Source of the DNA: Opitutales bacterium
GTDB lineage: Bacteria; Verrucomicrobiota; Verrucomicrobiia; Opitutales; PNEW01
Assembly: GCA_965197745.1 (NCBI GenBank)
Contig: CBDANS010000006.1
Span: 640,001 to 704,000 of the forward strand
Length of the DNA: 64,000 nucleotides
Reading direction: 5' to 3'
The position numbers and the translations under genes are program-made. Under the pieces are notes generated by a model. It saw only the letters and a program-made list of their open reading frames with translations, was not told the origin of the DNA and made no database searches. Within the stretch, counting starts at the first letter, position 1. Each line of letters starts with the position of its first letter. Of the stretch, positions 53,465 through 63,378 are shown piece after piece.

Positions 53465-55354
53465 ATGAGCAGCATTCAAATTCGAGATGATCTCGCAAAC
53501 GTTTATAGCGACATCTATACACCGGAAGTCTTATCCGCTTTGTCCGTTTTGTCCTGGTTTAATGAAGAGCAAAAAAAGGTCATGGATAAAAGGATGCTTA
53601 GAAGAGCAGAGCGATTAGGAAATAAAACCCCCATAACCTTTCTCGATGCTGATGATACCATTCCACGTACTGAGATTAAGGTAGAAGACGCGAGAACGGG
53701 AAAATTTATTGGTTCAGAAATTCCAGCGGATCTTCAACGCCAATGGATTCAGGGAACAGGTCCCGCGGCAAAACCCAAAACTACTATTGAAAGAAGTATC
53801 CGTAATGCAGCCTACGCCCTGCTTTCCGGCGCCGATGGCTGGATGTTTGATGGGGAGGATGCCCTGGGGCAAATTACAACGATGTCACTGGATAATCAGA
53901 GAAATCTTAAATTAGCGATCAAGAAAGATCCTGTTTTTATGAAAGCGGCTGAACAGGTTGCTCGTGAAATGAACCAGTGGGCATCGGGATTTTTAGGAAG
54001 AGAAATTATCGATGATTGGGAGAAGCAATTGGATTTTACCACGAAAATTTTTCGCGCGCGAGGGTTACATCTGGATGACCGACACATACGCGATGAAAAT
54101 GGCCTGGCCCTTTCAGCGTCCATCGCCGATATGACACTTTATGTCGTGAACAACTATCAATCATTACAGGAATCGGATTCTTCCATTGTTCTTTATCTCC
54201 CTAAGATTCAGACCGCCGAAGAGGCGGCACTGTGGAATGAAATGCTCTCTGCGCTGGAAGCTCATCTTAACCTCTCAACGGGGACAATCAAAGTTTACGT
54301 CCTTGTTGAACAACTAGAAGCAACCTTTCAGTTGATGGAAATCCGCGCCGCATTAGGCAGACATTTTGTTGGATTTAATACAGGTCGGTGGGATTACATC
54401 AATAGTGTGGCTGATGCCACGGCCTGGAATCAATCGTTCATCAATCCCAATATTGAAGCGATAACGATGACTTATGGTTACATGAGAAATTATGAAGACC
54501 GTGTACGACGCGCCGTAAACACCGCTGATATTAATGGTAATTTCGCCCTATGGCAGGGAGGGATGGAACCGAATATTCCTGTAGGCTCTGAAGAAGGTGT
54601 GGCCACCAGCATGGAGAAAGCCGGCGCCGGCGCCGCGCGCGAACAGAGTGAAGGAGCGAGCGGTAAATGGGTGGCCCATTGGAAGATGGTCCACATTGTG
54701 CGACCGGTATGGGAAACGGTCGGCGAAGTTAACCAGTTGGGAAGAAAATTTCCACCGCTCACCTACACACAGGAGGACGCGGATGGCCTGACACTGCTCG
54801 AACCTTCTCCCCGCTCGATCAGGGGCGCGCGAAATCTTCTTAGTGTCGGTTTGCAATATGGCAATGCCTTTGGACAGGGATTTCAAGCGGCTGCTTTAAA
54901 GCCCGCCGACTTTTTCGATGATGATAATATATTATACCTGATGGAAGACATGGCAACGGGAGAAATTCGTCTGAGCATCCTCTGGGAATGGATTCACAAG
55001 GACGCACAAATGAATGAAGATGATCCAGAAACCGGTGTTAAATCCGGAGATGTTTTTACCATCGAATTATTTCAAAAGTTATTGGAGGAAGAGTATGATA
55101 AACTGCTCCAGGCAAAAGACAAAGATGTGCACAATGATTCCAAGGAAACCACATTACCGATTGCTAAACAGATCGTTGATACCTACGTCTTGGACGATGC
55201 TAAATCACCCTGGTACATCGATTTGTTAAATATAAATCTAAATAATTATGATTTATCGACAGCCAATGAAAGGATCCACCTCTATGTGGATACACTTAAG
55301 AAAAAAGGCACCAGAATAACTGAAAACCTGGATTTTGTGCCCACTGCTTCATAG
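53465..55354 (+). CDS. aceB: Malate synthase
   Basis: MFDGEDA, YLPKIQ..EEA.LWN, GFNTGRWDYINS, GGM, WVAH, LMEDMATGEI. Confidence 0.85.
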   Translation: MSSIQIRDDLANVYSDIYTPEVLSALSVLSWFNEEQKKVMDKRMLRRAERLGNKTPITFLDADDTIPRTEIKVEDARTGKFIGSEIPADLQRQWIQGTGPAAKPKTTIERSIRNAAYALLSGADGWMFDGEDALGQITTMSLDNQRNLKLAIKKDPVFMKAAEQVAREMNQWASGFLGREIIDDWEKQLDFTTKIFRARGLHLDDRHIRDENGLALSASIADMTLYVVNNYQSLQESDSSIVLYLPKIQTAEEAALWNEMLSALEAHLNLSTGTIKVYVLVEQLEATFQLMEIRAALGRHFVGFNTGRWDYINSVADATAWNQSFINPNIEAITMTYGYMRNYEDRVRRAVNTADINGNFALWQGGMEPNIPVGSEEGVATSMEKAGAGAAREQSEGASGKWVAHWKMVHIVRPVWETVGEVNQLGRKFPPLTYTQEDADGLTLLEPSPRSIRGARNLLSVGLQYGNAFGQGFQAAALKPADFFDDDNILYLMEDMATGEIRLSILWEWIHKDAQMNEDDPETGVKSGDVFTIELFQKLLEEEYDKLLQAKDKDVHNDSKETTLPIAKQIVDTYVLDDAKSPWYIDLLNINLNNYDLSTANERIHLYVDTLKKKGTRITENLDFVPTAS

Positions 55355-55458
55355 TGACCGCGGATTACACGGATACGACGGATTAATTTGGATAGGATAT
55401 CGTACTGAATACGAAGCCTGACATCTCCCAAATCGAAAATCGACATTCGGCAATGGCA

Positions 55459-57378
55459 TCACTCCGATTCCATGGGCATCGGTTTGAATTGGCATGCTTC
55501 GACGAATACATCAAAGAAGTCGGGTGTTGTTTCCAGTTCTATATGTTCGATCCCTTTGACTAAATTTTCTATTGATTGACGCTTGCTCTTCGAGAGAAGC
55601 ACCTCTCTGGCCCCTTGCACTGCTGCGTTGCCAACTTTGACAATACGCTCTTCAGCAACGGGAGCTAAAAAGCCGATTTCAATAGCGTTGCGCACATTTA
55701 CATAGTTGGCAAACCCACCCGCAAGGTAAAGTTTGCCCACGTCGCGGGGGTTAATCCCGTAATTACGCAAGACGATAAATTGCCCGCAGTAATTGGCCGC
55801 TTTTGCTTGAGCCAGGTTGCTGGCATCTTCCCGGGAAAAGGTGATACCATAATCAGGGACAATTGCCCACTCGTATTGTTTTTTGTCCGTGAAAACACCC
55901 TTTGGCGTCATCAATTCGTGGCGACGGAATTCAGCCAGGAGGTCGATCAAACCGGACCCGCAAATTCCCTGGGGTTCAATACCTCCGATAGTTTTGTATT
56001 CCATATGGTTCTTATTCCATCGCATGGATTCAATAGCGCCTTCGTAGCCGGGCATCCCGTACTTAATACCTCCCCCTTCAAAGGCAGGTCCGGCAGGACA
56101 GGAAGCTGAGACCAGCCGTCCTTTACCTCCCACCACCACTTCGGTGTTAGTTCCTACGTCAACGAGCATAATGACTCCCTCCTGAGATTCTATATCGATA
56201 GACACCAGGTCGGCTGCCACATCTCCGCCGACATGACTGGCGATTAAAGGCATCCCGTAGACTCTGGCTTTAGCGTTTGCCCGAAGTCCCACTTGCCGCG
56301 TGCTTGTAATAAGGGAGGTAGTCTGGCGTTCTCCAGCCAGGTATTCATGTTCAGTAGTAGACTTATAAGGTTTTTGTCCAATGCCCTGTACGTCCAGCTT
56401 GAAGAAAATATCACGCATTGTGGAATTCCCAACCACTACGACTTCATAAATTTCCTGGCGAACAAAGTTCAGATGCTTACACATCTCCATAATTTCGTGA
56501 TTCAGCGTATTAACTACTGCTTTTTGTAATTCCCCACGGAATTCCCCGTCGTAAGAAATTCTATACATAACATCGCTGCCACCAAAACGCTGTGGATTCT
56601 CAAAGGAACTGACATGAACGCTCTTGCCGGTTTCCAGATCGACAAGATCCATTACTACCGTCGTCGTTCCAAGATCGACTGCCAATCCGAAGAGGTGCCC
56701 GCGATAGCTGTCGATCAATTCATCTTCATAATAAATTTCGTCACCTTTACGGGTGACTATGGGATCCAGGGAGACCGTTTTCTCCTGGGTGACGGTGAGG
56801 ATTTTGGGCTCACGACGTAGCGGCGCAAACTGTATGGGGACATCCGCATTTTCAACCGTCGCCTGGCAGGCAAGACGGTAGTTGTCACGTAAAAACGATT
56901 CCGCTTCAGTACGAGGCTGCAACGCTTCCATACCTTGATTAATCTCCACAACACATTCATGACAGTGACCGGTACGCCCACAGGAAGTCGGGACTTGAAC
57001 CGTAAGTTCATCGGCATAGTCGAATATAGTCTTGCCAGTCATCAGTTTACTTTTTCTCCCGTCATGGGTAATACTCCCTTTCCCGTAATTGGCATCCTCG
57101 CTCCTGGAATTACTTTCACCAATGTCCTCTTGGGTCCCCTCGGTTTCCCAGGCACTGCGATAGTCCAGCTTGTCATCTCCACCACATATCTGCAGTCCCC
57201 CTTTGACACGCGGTTTGAGTTGGTTTCGGCACCCAAATTTAGCCGTACACTCATCATAGCGGTTTTTATAAGGACACCGATAGGTAGATTGTTCATCGGC
57301 ATGAACCATCATGCTCGAAAACAACTCTGTAATCTTGTCCAGGCGCTTCTGGTATTCGGCTTTATCAATCTTCTTCAT
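55459..57378 (-). CDS. ASKHA-domain [2Fe-2S] reductive activator of corrinoid proteins (RACo/RamA-like, DUF4445)
   Basis: CGRTGHCHEC...RLAC ferredoxin; AVDLGTTT, DVGTNTE, AGPAFEG, GICGSG, LAGGF; extra Cys-rich N-terminus. Confidence 0.92.
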   Translation of the reverse strand: MKKIDKAEYQKRLDKITELFSSMMVHADEQSTYRCPYKNRYDECTAKFGCRNQLKPRVKGGLQICGGDDKLDYRSAWETEGTQEDIGESNSRSEDANYGKGSITHDGRKSKLMTGKTIFDYADELTVQVPTSCGRTGHCHECVVEINQGMEALQPRTEAESFLRDNYRLACQATVENADVPIQFAPLRREPKILTVTQEKTVSLDPIVTRKGDEIYYEDELIDSYRGHLFGLAVDLGTTTVVMDLVDLETGKSVHVSSFENPQRFGGSDVMYRISYDGEFRGELQKAVVNTLNHEIMEMCKHLNFVRQEIYEVVVVGNSTMRDIFFKLDVQGIGQKPYKSTTEHEYLAGERQTTSLITSTRQVGLRANAKARVYGMPLIASHVGGDVAADLVSIDIESQEGVIMLVDVGTNTEVVVGGKGRLVSASCPAGPAFEGGGIKYGMPGYEGAIESMRWNKNHMEYKTIGGIEPQGICGSGLIDLLAEFRRHELMTPKGVFTDKKQYEWAIVPDYGITFSREDASNLAQAKAANYCGQFIVLRNYGINPRDVGKLYLAGGFANYVNVRNAIEIGFLAPVAEERIVKVGNAAVQGAREVLLSKSKRQSIENLVKGIEHIELETTPDFFDVFVEACQFKPMPMESE

Positions 57379-57438
57379 CTCGAGTTCAATTGATGGAATC
57401 CTTCCACTACAGAAGGGTAATTTAAAGTTGAACCAATA

Positions 57439-58203
57439 TCAGACTTTACTTTCTTCTTTAAGCTCTTCAAGCAGACGTTTGGCCAATTCTACGCATGCCA
57501 CGGCATCTTTGCCTGTCCCATCAGCGCCCATATCATCGGCAAATTCCTGGGTAACAGAAGCACCCCCTACCATAATTTTGACGTCCTCACGAAGGTCTGC
57601 ATCGATGAAGGCTTCAATCGTCTTGCCCATGTTTGGCATGGTTGTCGTCAACAGAGCTGACATCCCCAGCAGGGGTGCATTATGCTCCTCCACGGCCTCG
57701 ATAAATTCATCTTCTGAAGTATCCACTCCCAGATCATGCACAACAAATCCTGATCCCCTCAGCATCATAATGCAGAGATTCTTTCCAATATCATGTAAGT
57801 CTCCTTTTACTGTTCCCATGACTGCGACGCCCACCGGCTCGATCCCTGAGGCAGAGAGTATCGGTTCGATATAAGCCATGCCCGCTTTCATTGCCCGCGC
57901 GCAAGCCAGAACCTCAGGGACGAAAATAAAGTTTTCACGAAATTTAATGCCGACGATACCCATTCCGGCAATGAGGCCATCGTCCATAATCTCCAGCGCT
58001 TCGGTACCCGAGTCCAATGCCTCCTTTGTTAATTTGTCTACCGTCAGGTGAGCCCCATCAATGAGCGAGGCTGAAATTTCCTGCATTTCAGATGAAGTTT
58101 TAGCGAAAGCACGAATAAGGTGATCTCGTTCATCAGGGCGCTCGATATATTCTTCGATCTCATCTCTGATAAATTCATTTTTAATATCCGCTATTTCTGC
58201 CAT
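57439..58203 (-). CDS. Corrinoid (B12)-binding methyltransferase protein (MtaC/MttC-like)
   Basis: Cap domain FVPEVL; DLHDIG (DxHxxG); SALLTTT; MVGGA. Confidence 0.95.
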   Translation of the reverse strand: MAEIADIKNEFIRDEIEEYIERPDERDHLIRAFAKTSSEMQEISASLIDGAHLTVDKLTKEALDSGTEALEIMDDGLIAGMGIVGIKFRENFIFVPEVLACARAMKAGMAYIEPILSASGIEPVGVAVMGTVKGDLHDIGKNLCIMMLRGSGFVVHDLGVDTSEDEFIEAVEEHNAPLLGMSALLTTTMPNMGKTIEAFIDADLREDVKIMVGGASVTQEFADDMGADGTGKDAVACVELAKRLLEELKEESKV

Positions 58204-58219
58204 TCTTTACTTCAGTCTA

Positions 58220-59269
58220 TTAATGCTCGGTCACATGGCTCTTGTGCCAGTCACACACAGCATGGGGTATTGCTTTCAAGTTTTCGATAGAGGTCTGTAG
58301 CGGGATAGCACACTCCGGCCCCACCAGCTGTATGCCGACATCGAGGTTTTTATAAACCTCTTCGCAGACTACATCCGGTCCCCTGGCAAACAGGGTTTCA
58401 GGATTGTTGATGTTTCCGACAAGAGATATACGATCTTTCATTACTTCCTTGGATTCTCCCGGTTGGTTTTTTGAATCATAATGAAAAGCAGCGAAACCCG
58501 TTTGTGCGATGTACTCCATCCTATCCACGGTGCGCCCGCAAATGTGCATAATAAGGGGAATAGGTATCCGCTCGACCATCTCGATATGCAGATCACGCAG
58601 GAACCGCTTGTAATACTCACCACTGACGAGATCACCGGTTGCGTGGTCTGGGAGGGTCAGCGCATCGGCTCCCGCTTCTATCTGGGCAATCCCAAACTGC
58701 ACGGTCGATTCCTTCATCCTGTCGAGCGCGAGCTTTGTCTTACCCGGGTCATCCAATGACATGAGGAGGAAAGGTTCCACGCCGAAACAGTGGTATCCCA
58801 AGGACCATGGCCCCATCGTCTTTCCAATTATTGCTACATCATCGCCGTACTCTTTTTTTAGAATTTTAATAGCATCGAGAACACACTTGGTATCCTGATG
58901 GGTTAAAAAATCGGATGGGATTTTAATGTCATCGACATCCTCCCAGATAGGTTCCTTCATTTTAACCGTTGGCCAGTTATCTTTTTGTTCCCATTGTATT
59001 TTACAACCCAGTGCCGAAGACTCCTGGATAATGGTAAAAACCGGCATGATACTATCAAAGCCCAGCTCCGTGTAACTGGTAGCAGCCAAACGGGCCATTA
59101 ACTCGGGGTTTCTATTGGCGTCCGGAAATGGCGCGTCCACCAGGTCCATAAGTTCCACGGTGGCAACGGATGTCGGATTACATACCGGGGTGCGATCTAC
59201 CGGTTTTCTAGCGAGCGCTGCGAGAACCCGTTCCTTACCTGTCATCGGGCCGACAGTTTGTGTTTCCAT
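58220..59269 (-). CDS. MtaA/CmuA-family methylcobamide methyltransferase (UROD fold)
   Basis: MTGKERVLAAL; Zn ligands HIC and GPEC; LVGNIN. Confidence 0.88.
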   Translation of the reverse strand: METQTVGPMTGKERVLAALARKPVDRTPVCNPTSVATVELMDLVDAPFPDANRNPELMARLAATSYTELGFDSIMPVFTIIQESSALGCKIQWEQKDNWPTVKMKEPIWEDVDDIKIPSDFLTHQDTKCVLDAIKILKKEYGDDVAIIGKTMGPWSLGYHCFGVEPFLLMSLDDPGKTKLALDRMKESTVQFGIAQIEAGADALTLPDHATGDLVSGEYYKRFLRDLHIEMVERIPIPLIMHICGRTVDRMEYIAQTGFAAFHYDSKNQPGESKEVMKDRISLVGNINNPETLFARGPDVVCEEVYKNLDVGIQLVGPECAIPLQTSIENLKAIPHAVCDWHKSHVTEH

Positions 59270-59356
59270 ATCTATTCTCCTTAATTGTTAGCTCTATTTT
59301 ATTTATTGGAACAGGGTGCTCCGTCATCGTGGGTGGGTAATTAAATTCTACAAACA

Positions 59357-59992
59357 TTATCTTTGTTGGCTCGGTGCTGATAAAACACCGCGTGATGCAG
59401 CCATATCCTGCTCACGAATAACGGCTCGCACATTCGGTGCGCGAACAAGCAGCAGGCCGACCAACGCATCATGGGATTGTCCACAGGGAAAATTAACTTC
59501 ATCCAGCCTTCCTTTCACTTCACTCATCTGCCCCAGTTTCATTAAACCCCCGGCAATGAATGAAGCGCGCTTCTCCTTGTCTTTCCCCTCCCCCTCAGCC
59601 GTAACCTGATATAAGCCGTCACCGTGACTGAGGACTATGATATCAAGACGGGTTTTTTTGTCCAGAATCTTGAAGGGGCGTGGCTCGACATCAGCATTAG
59701 AAGCAAGTTTACAGGCTTCGAGAAACACGCGCTTACAAGCCAGTTCATGCTCATCCCAGCAGGGAAAATGAAGTAACCCGTCTGCGGTTAACTCCATACC
59801 GCCCAGGATTTGCATCGCGTTCACGACAGCGGCAATGCGATCCTGCGCCCCTTCATGTTGGCTGTATGTATAAACCTGAAACGCGGGCCCTTTATCCTGC
59901 TGCTGGCAATAGAGGGCGATCGATATATCTTGAAAATGGGAATCCATTGGGACCAATTCAAGTCGCCTGCCAATATCTACTGTTTTACCCAT
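59357..59992 (-). CDS. Conserved hypothetical protein in the corrinoid operon
   Basis: Internal repeated FPCxxxH motif (HFPCWDEH, NFPCGQSH). Confidence 0.75.
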   Translation of the reverse strand: MGKTVDIGRRLELVPMDSHFQDISIALYCQQQDKGPAFQVYTYSQHEGAQDRIAAVVNAMQILGGMELTADGLLHFPCWDEHELACKRVFLEACKLASNADVEPRPFKILDKKTRLDIIVLSHGDGLYQVTAEGEGKDKEKRASFIAGGLMKLGQMSEVKGRLDEVNFPCGQSHDALVGLLLVRAPNVRAVIREQDMAASRGVLSAPSQQR

Positions 59993-60058
59993 GGTCCTTA
60001 CTTATTTGAAAATTCTAACCGTTCTTGAATATGCCACCATTTAAAATTTTATCAATGG

Positions 60059-60334
60059 TTAAACTTGCACGTCTCTATCGTCATATTTGTTTTCAAGTTC
60101 CTGCAAAAGGTTATTTAATACCTCCTCGCCCTCGCCGGGGCGTTCCTCTTTTTCCGTCCATTGCCACTGGTTCAGGTATTCGTCACTCTCAGTTAGTCCC
60201 TCCGCCATCGCGATGCGATCAATTTCAACCTGAAAGCGCTCGGGCATCGGAAGTGAAATCGGTTTTTTACCTTTAAAGACTCTAACTTGTGCCGGGATAT
60301 CGCGCCAATATAGAACTTGATAGGTGGTAGTCAT
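60059..60334 (-). CDS. 'Virulence factor' (CvfA-like) small protein
   Basis: YWRDIPAQV...RFQ.EIDR.AM..G...DEYL..W. Confidence 0.8.
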   Translation of the reverse strand: MTTTYQVLYWRDIPAQVRVFKGKKPISLPMPERFQVEIDRIAMAEGLTESDEYLNQWQWTEKEERPGEGEEVLNNLLQELENKYDDRDVQV

Positions 60335-60349
60335 GCGATAACAGCAATT

Positions 60350-61357
60350 TTACGTCACGATATTAATGCTTTCATTCAACGCCTTACGATAGGCCCTGAT
60401 ATGGTCACGGCCCGTTCCACAACATCCTCCAACAATATAGGCACCTGCTTCGAGAAGCTCCGGTAAGTATTGAACCATCTCTTCGGGAGTCTGTGAATAA
60501 TAGGTCTTGTGATTTTTATCCAACCGCGCCTTACCTGCATTGGGATAGGACATCATTTTTTTTGGTTGAATACCTTTTTTCTCCATCGCCGCGCTCAGTT
60601 GTTTTATTCCGGTTATGGCATATGGCATTCCGGTGTGCTCATCGCGTCTGGATTCGGCACCGCAGTTCAGACCCAATATCTGTACGGCATCTAAAAGATT
60701 ATAACCATTGGAATATTCACCGGCAGATAATATCTCCAATAAATCTTCAGCCGAATGCCCCCAGTCCGTTCGATAGATAACAATACCGGTACTTTTATCT
60801 TTAGTATACTTATAAGTCAGATTAACGGCAATCGGGAGACCGAATTGCCTGACAACATCAGCGGCGATGGCAGCCTCATTGGCAGAGAACATCGTTTCAA
60901 TGCAGAAAAAATCTACCCCTCCTTCAGCCATTACCGTCGCAACTTTTTCATGCGCATCTCTAACCACCTGGTTAGGTATACCGAAATCAGTTCCGCCATC
61001 AGCTTCAATAGCCCCGGGTGAAGGGCCTATTGAACCCGCGAGGTAAATCTCTTTTCCACTTTTTTCAATTGCCGCCTTAGCGTGCTCGACCGCAAGTCTA
61101 ACCAGTTTTTCAGACTCTGAGGCGTCTTTTCCCGCCATCTCAAGATGAGGTATGGACGCCACAAAAGTGTTGGTTCCTATCACTTCAGCTCCCGCTTTTA
61201 TATATTCTAAATGGATGTCGACAACATCATCAGGATGCAATTCGTTGGCCAGGGTACTGTTCGTTAATTCTATCCCTCTGGCAAAAAGTTCGGAACCAAA
61301 ACCCCCATCGTAAATCAGGGGTCTCGGATCTTCTAATCTTTCCAGGAAAGTTTTCAT
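60350..61357 (-). CDS. Homocysteine S-methyltransferase domain protein (stand-alone MetH N-terminal domain)
   Basis: YDGGFG, TNTF, IETM, GLNC, PNAG, GGCCGT. Confidence 0.92.
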   Translation of the reverse strand: MKTFLERLEDPRPLIYDGGFGSELFARGIELTNSTLANELHPDDVVDIHLEYIKAGAEVIGTNTFVASIPHLEMAGKDASESEKLVRLAVEHAKAAIEKSGKEIYLAGSIGPSPGAIEADGGTDFGIPNQVVRDAHEKVATVMAEGGVDFFCIETMFSANEAAIAADVVRQFGLPIAVNLTYKYTKDKSTGIVIYRTDWGHSAEDLLEILSAGEYSNGYNLLDAVQILGLNCGAESRRDEHTGMPYAITGIKQLSAAMEKKGIQPKKMMSYPNAGKARLDKNHKTYYSQTPEEMVQYLPELLEAGAYIVGGCCGTGRDHIRAYRKALNESINIVT

Positions 61358-61529
61358 AAAATAATTAAGGAGTAGAATCACCGCAGTTCAGGGCGGGAGT
61401 AACCACTTTCCTCATTTTTTACTGTGCATAGAAGCCCTGACATAAGATGTCAATGGCTTATGATTGGGCGTTAAAACTTCGACTGCGCCTAATCTTAATC
61501 AATAATGTGTAATGAAATTTACAACCCAA

Positions 61530-61762
61530 GGTGGAACGCGCTGTCCCTAGCGCGTTTGATTATTCCGTAATTGAAGAAGCGTGCTAGGGACAGCCCGCTC
61601 CACCATGATAATGTAATTAATAACAGAGGACGTAGAGGCAGACCCGTCTTCATCTTTAATCTACGACGTGTCAAACGTAGACGAAGATTATTGCATGAGA
61701 CCCAGCAAGCTATATTTAAATATTGAATAACCGATAACGCGGTGAGTAACGCACGTCCCTCC
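61530..61762. repeat. REP-like palindrome pair and related repeats
   Basis: 61530-61556 and 61576-61604 form an inverted pair matching the 8.8 kb and 48.9 kb copies. Confidence 0.75.
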
Positions 61763-61783
61763 ATCATTCTGGAATAATTTATA

Positions 61784-62464
61784 ATGAAACCCATTAACTA
61801 CGTAAAAGATCGGGCTCATGACCTGATCGAGAGCTGTGAAGAAAAGCTCGAATCAGGAGTCATTGACGAGGAAACCTGGCACCGTGAGATGGCCGCAGTC
61901 TTTACCCCATCCTACCTCGCCGGTGATAACCCGCGCAGTCAATCCGGCCACAGTGGTGACGAAGCACGCTGGACTCAGGCCAGAGGATTGATCGTCGATG
62001 CGATTGACAGGGACGGGACCTTTTTAGATGTAGGCTGTGCGAATGGTTACCTCATGGAGTCGATACATCGCTGGAGCCTGGATAAAGGCTATAAAATAGA
62101 AACCCATGGGGTCGACATCTCCCCTGAGCTCGCTGACTTCGCCAGGGAGCGATTGCCCCATTGGGCAGAGAGAATTCACACCGGAAACGCACTTTATTGG
62201 AATCCCCCAGTGCCATTCACATTCGTTCGGACGGGATTGAATTATGTACCGCGACAGCGCCAAAAAGAGTATGTTCAAATATTACTCGATTGCGCAGTAT
62301 CACCCGGAGGTCGATTGATCATTGGCACCATTAATGAAGAAAAAGAGATTCATTACATCGAAGATCAATTGACACGTTGGGGCTTCACCATAAATGGCCG
62401 ATCCAATCGCCCCCATAGTGACAAGCGTATCGAATATAAGATCGTCTGGATAGATAATCCTTAA
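61784..62464 (+). CDS. Class I SAM-dependent methyltransferase
   Basis: FLDVGCANG, GVDIS, PGGRLI. Confidence 0.88.
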   Translation: MKPINYVKDRAHDLIESCEEKLESGVIDEETWHREMAAVFTPSYLAGDNPRSQSGHSGDEARWTQARGLIVDAIDRDGTFLDVGCANGYLMESIHRWSLDKGYKIETHGVDISPELADFARERLPHWAERIHTGNALYWNPPVPFTFVRTGLNYVPRQRQKEYVQILLDCAVSPGGRLIIGTINEEKEIHYIEDQLTRWGFTINGRSNRPHSDKRIEYKIVWIDNP

Positions 62465-62546
62465 ATTGTGTCGCCCCACTGGGGCATAGAGAATGGGTTA
62501 TAAATCCCTTACCGAAATCTTCGTCTTCGCTTGCCTCCCTTTCCCT

Positions 62547-62793
62547 TATTGTCATTGCGAGGAGTTAAGCGACGAAGCAATCCAGGGGAATGTCCGTTAC
62601 GTAATCACAGTCCCTGGACGTAATGTTTCAATCAGAAGTTCGATTGCCGTTCTAAAGTATATATAGAGCTACTCATGTTTCTTAGCGGTGATTTGTATCC
62701 GTAACCACAATGACTATTCGCCTGGATTGGAAGATGTCGGACTTCGTCCTCGGTAGCCGCGGTCGGCTGGTAGCCTTCCTCGCAATGACAATA
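62547..62793. repeat. MITE-like palindromic element
   Basis: 17-bp TIR TATTGTCATTGCGAGGA / TCCTCGCAATGACAATA; related to 14404-14558. Confidence 0.8.
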
Positions 62794-62945
62794 GGGGCGA
62801 ATACAACAATTTGTACTTATCTTCATTCTAAACCGGAACAACCCCGTTAAATAGTTTGATCCTTACAATCCACATGAATAAGGTGAAGTAAAAGTCTAAG
62901 CAGTTTCGCATACTGCTCCTATTAAAATCCAAAACTATAAATACA

Positions 62946-63359
62946 ATGAGTAATACATTCCCGCGAAGTTCATACGATAAAGTTGGCGGTATCGTTTTTT
63001 TTGGGAGGATGTTGGACAAGATCCGCCTCCACGCTCAGGGTACCTTACCCGATGATTATAATCTCGGGGTCGGGTTCGACGAACGGTGTCTTAAATTTCT
63101 TAATATCAAATACGATGAAATCACAGAAAAAGTCCTGCAAGGGGAAACTGATGAGGACCTTCTCGAATGGTGTTTTGAGAACGGACGTAAACCTTCTGAT
63201 GATGAAATTGAAATCTGGAATGGATTCATGACTAAAGTTGGATGGAGGGATGATAACTCGGAAAAGCTGGTTGAAAGAAAGCGTTTAGGCGGTTTCACTG
63301 ACCGTGACGATATACAGACCAACTTTGATTTTCATGATGCTGATGAAGGAAGGACTTAA
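62946..63359 (+). CDS. DUF5069-like protein
   Basis: PRS..DKVGG...GRMLDKIR...G.LP.DY...FD...DADEGR. Confidence 0.8.
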   Translation: MSNTFPRSSYDKVGGIVFFGRMLDKIRLHAQGTLPDDYNLGVGFDERCLKFLNIKYDEITEKVLQGETDEDLLEWCFENGRKPSDDEIEIWNGFMTKVGWRDDNSEKLVERKRLGGFTDRDDIQTNFDFHDADEGRT

Positions 63360-63378
63360 AATAATTAAATCATAGCTT

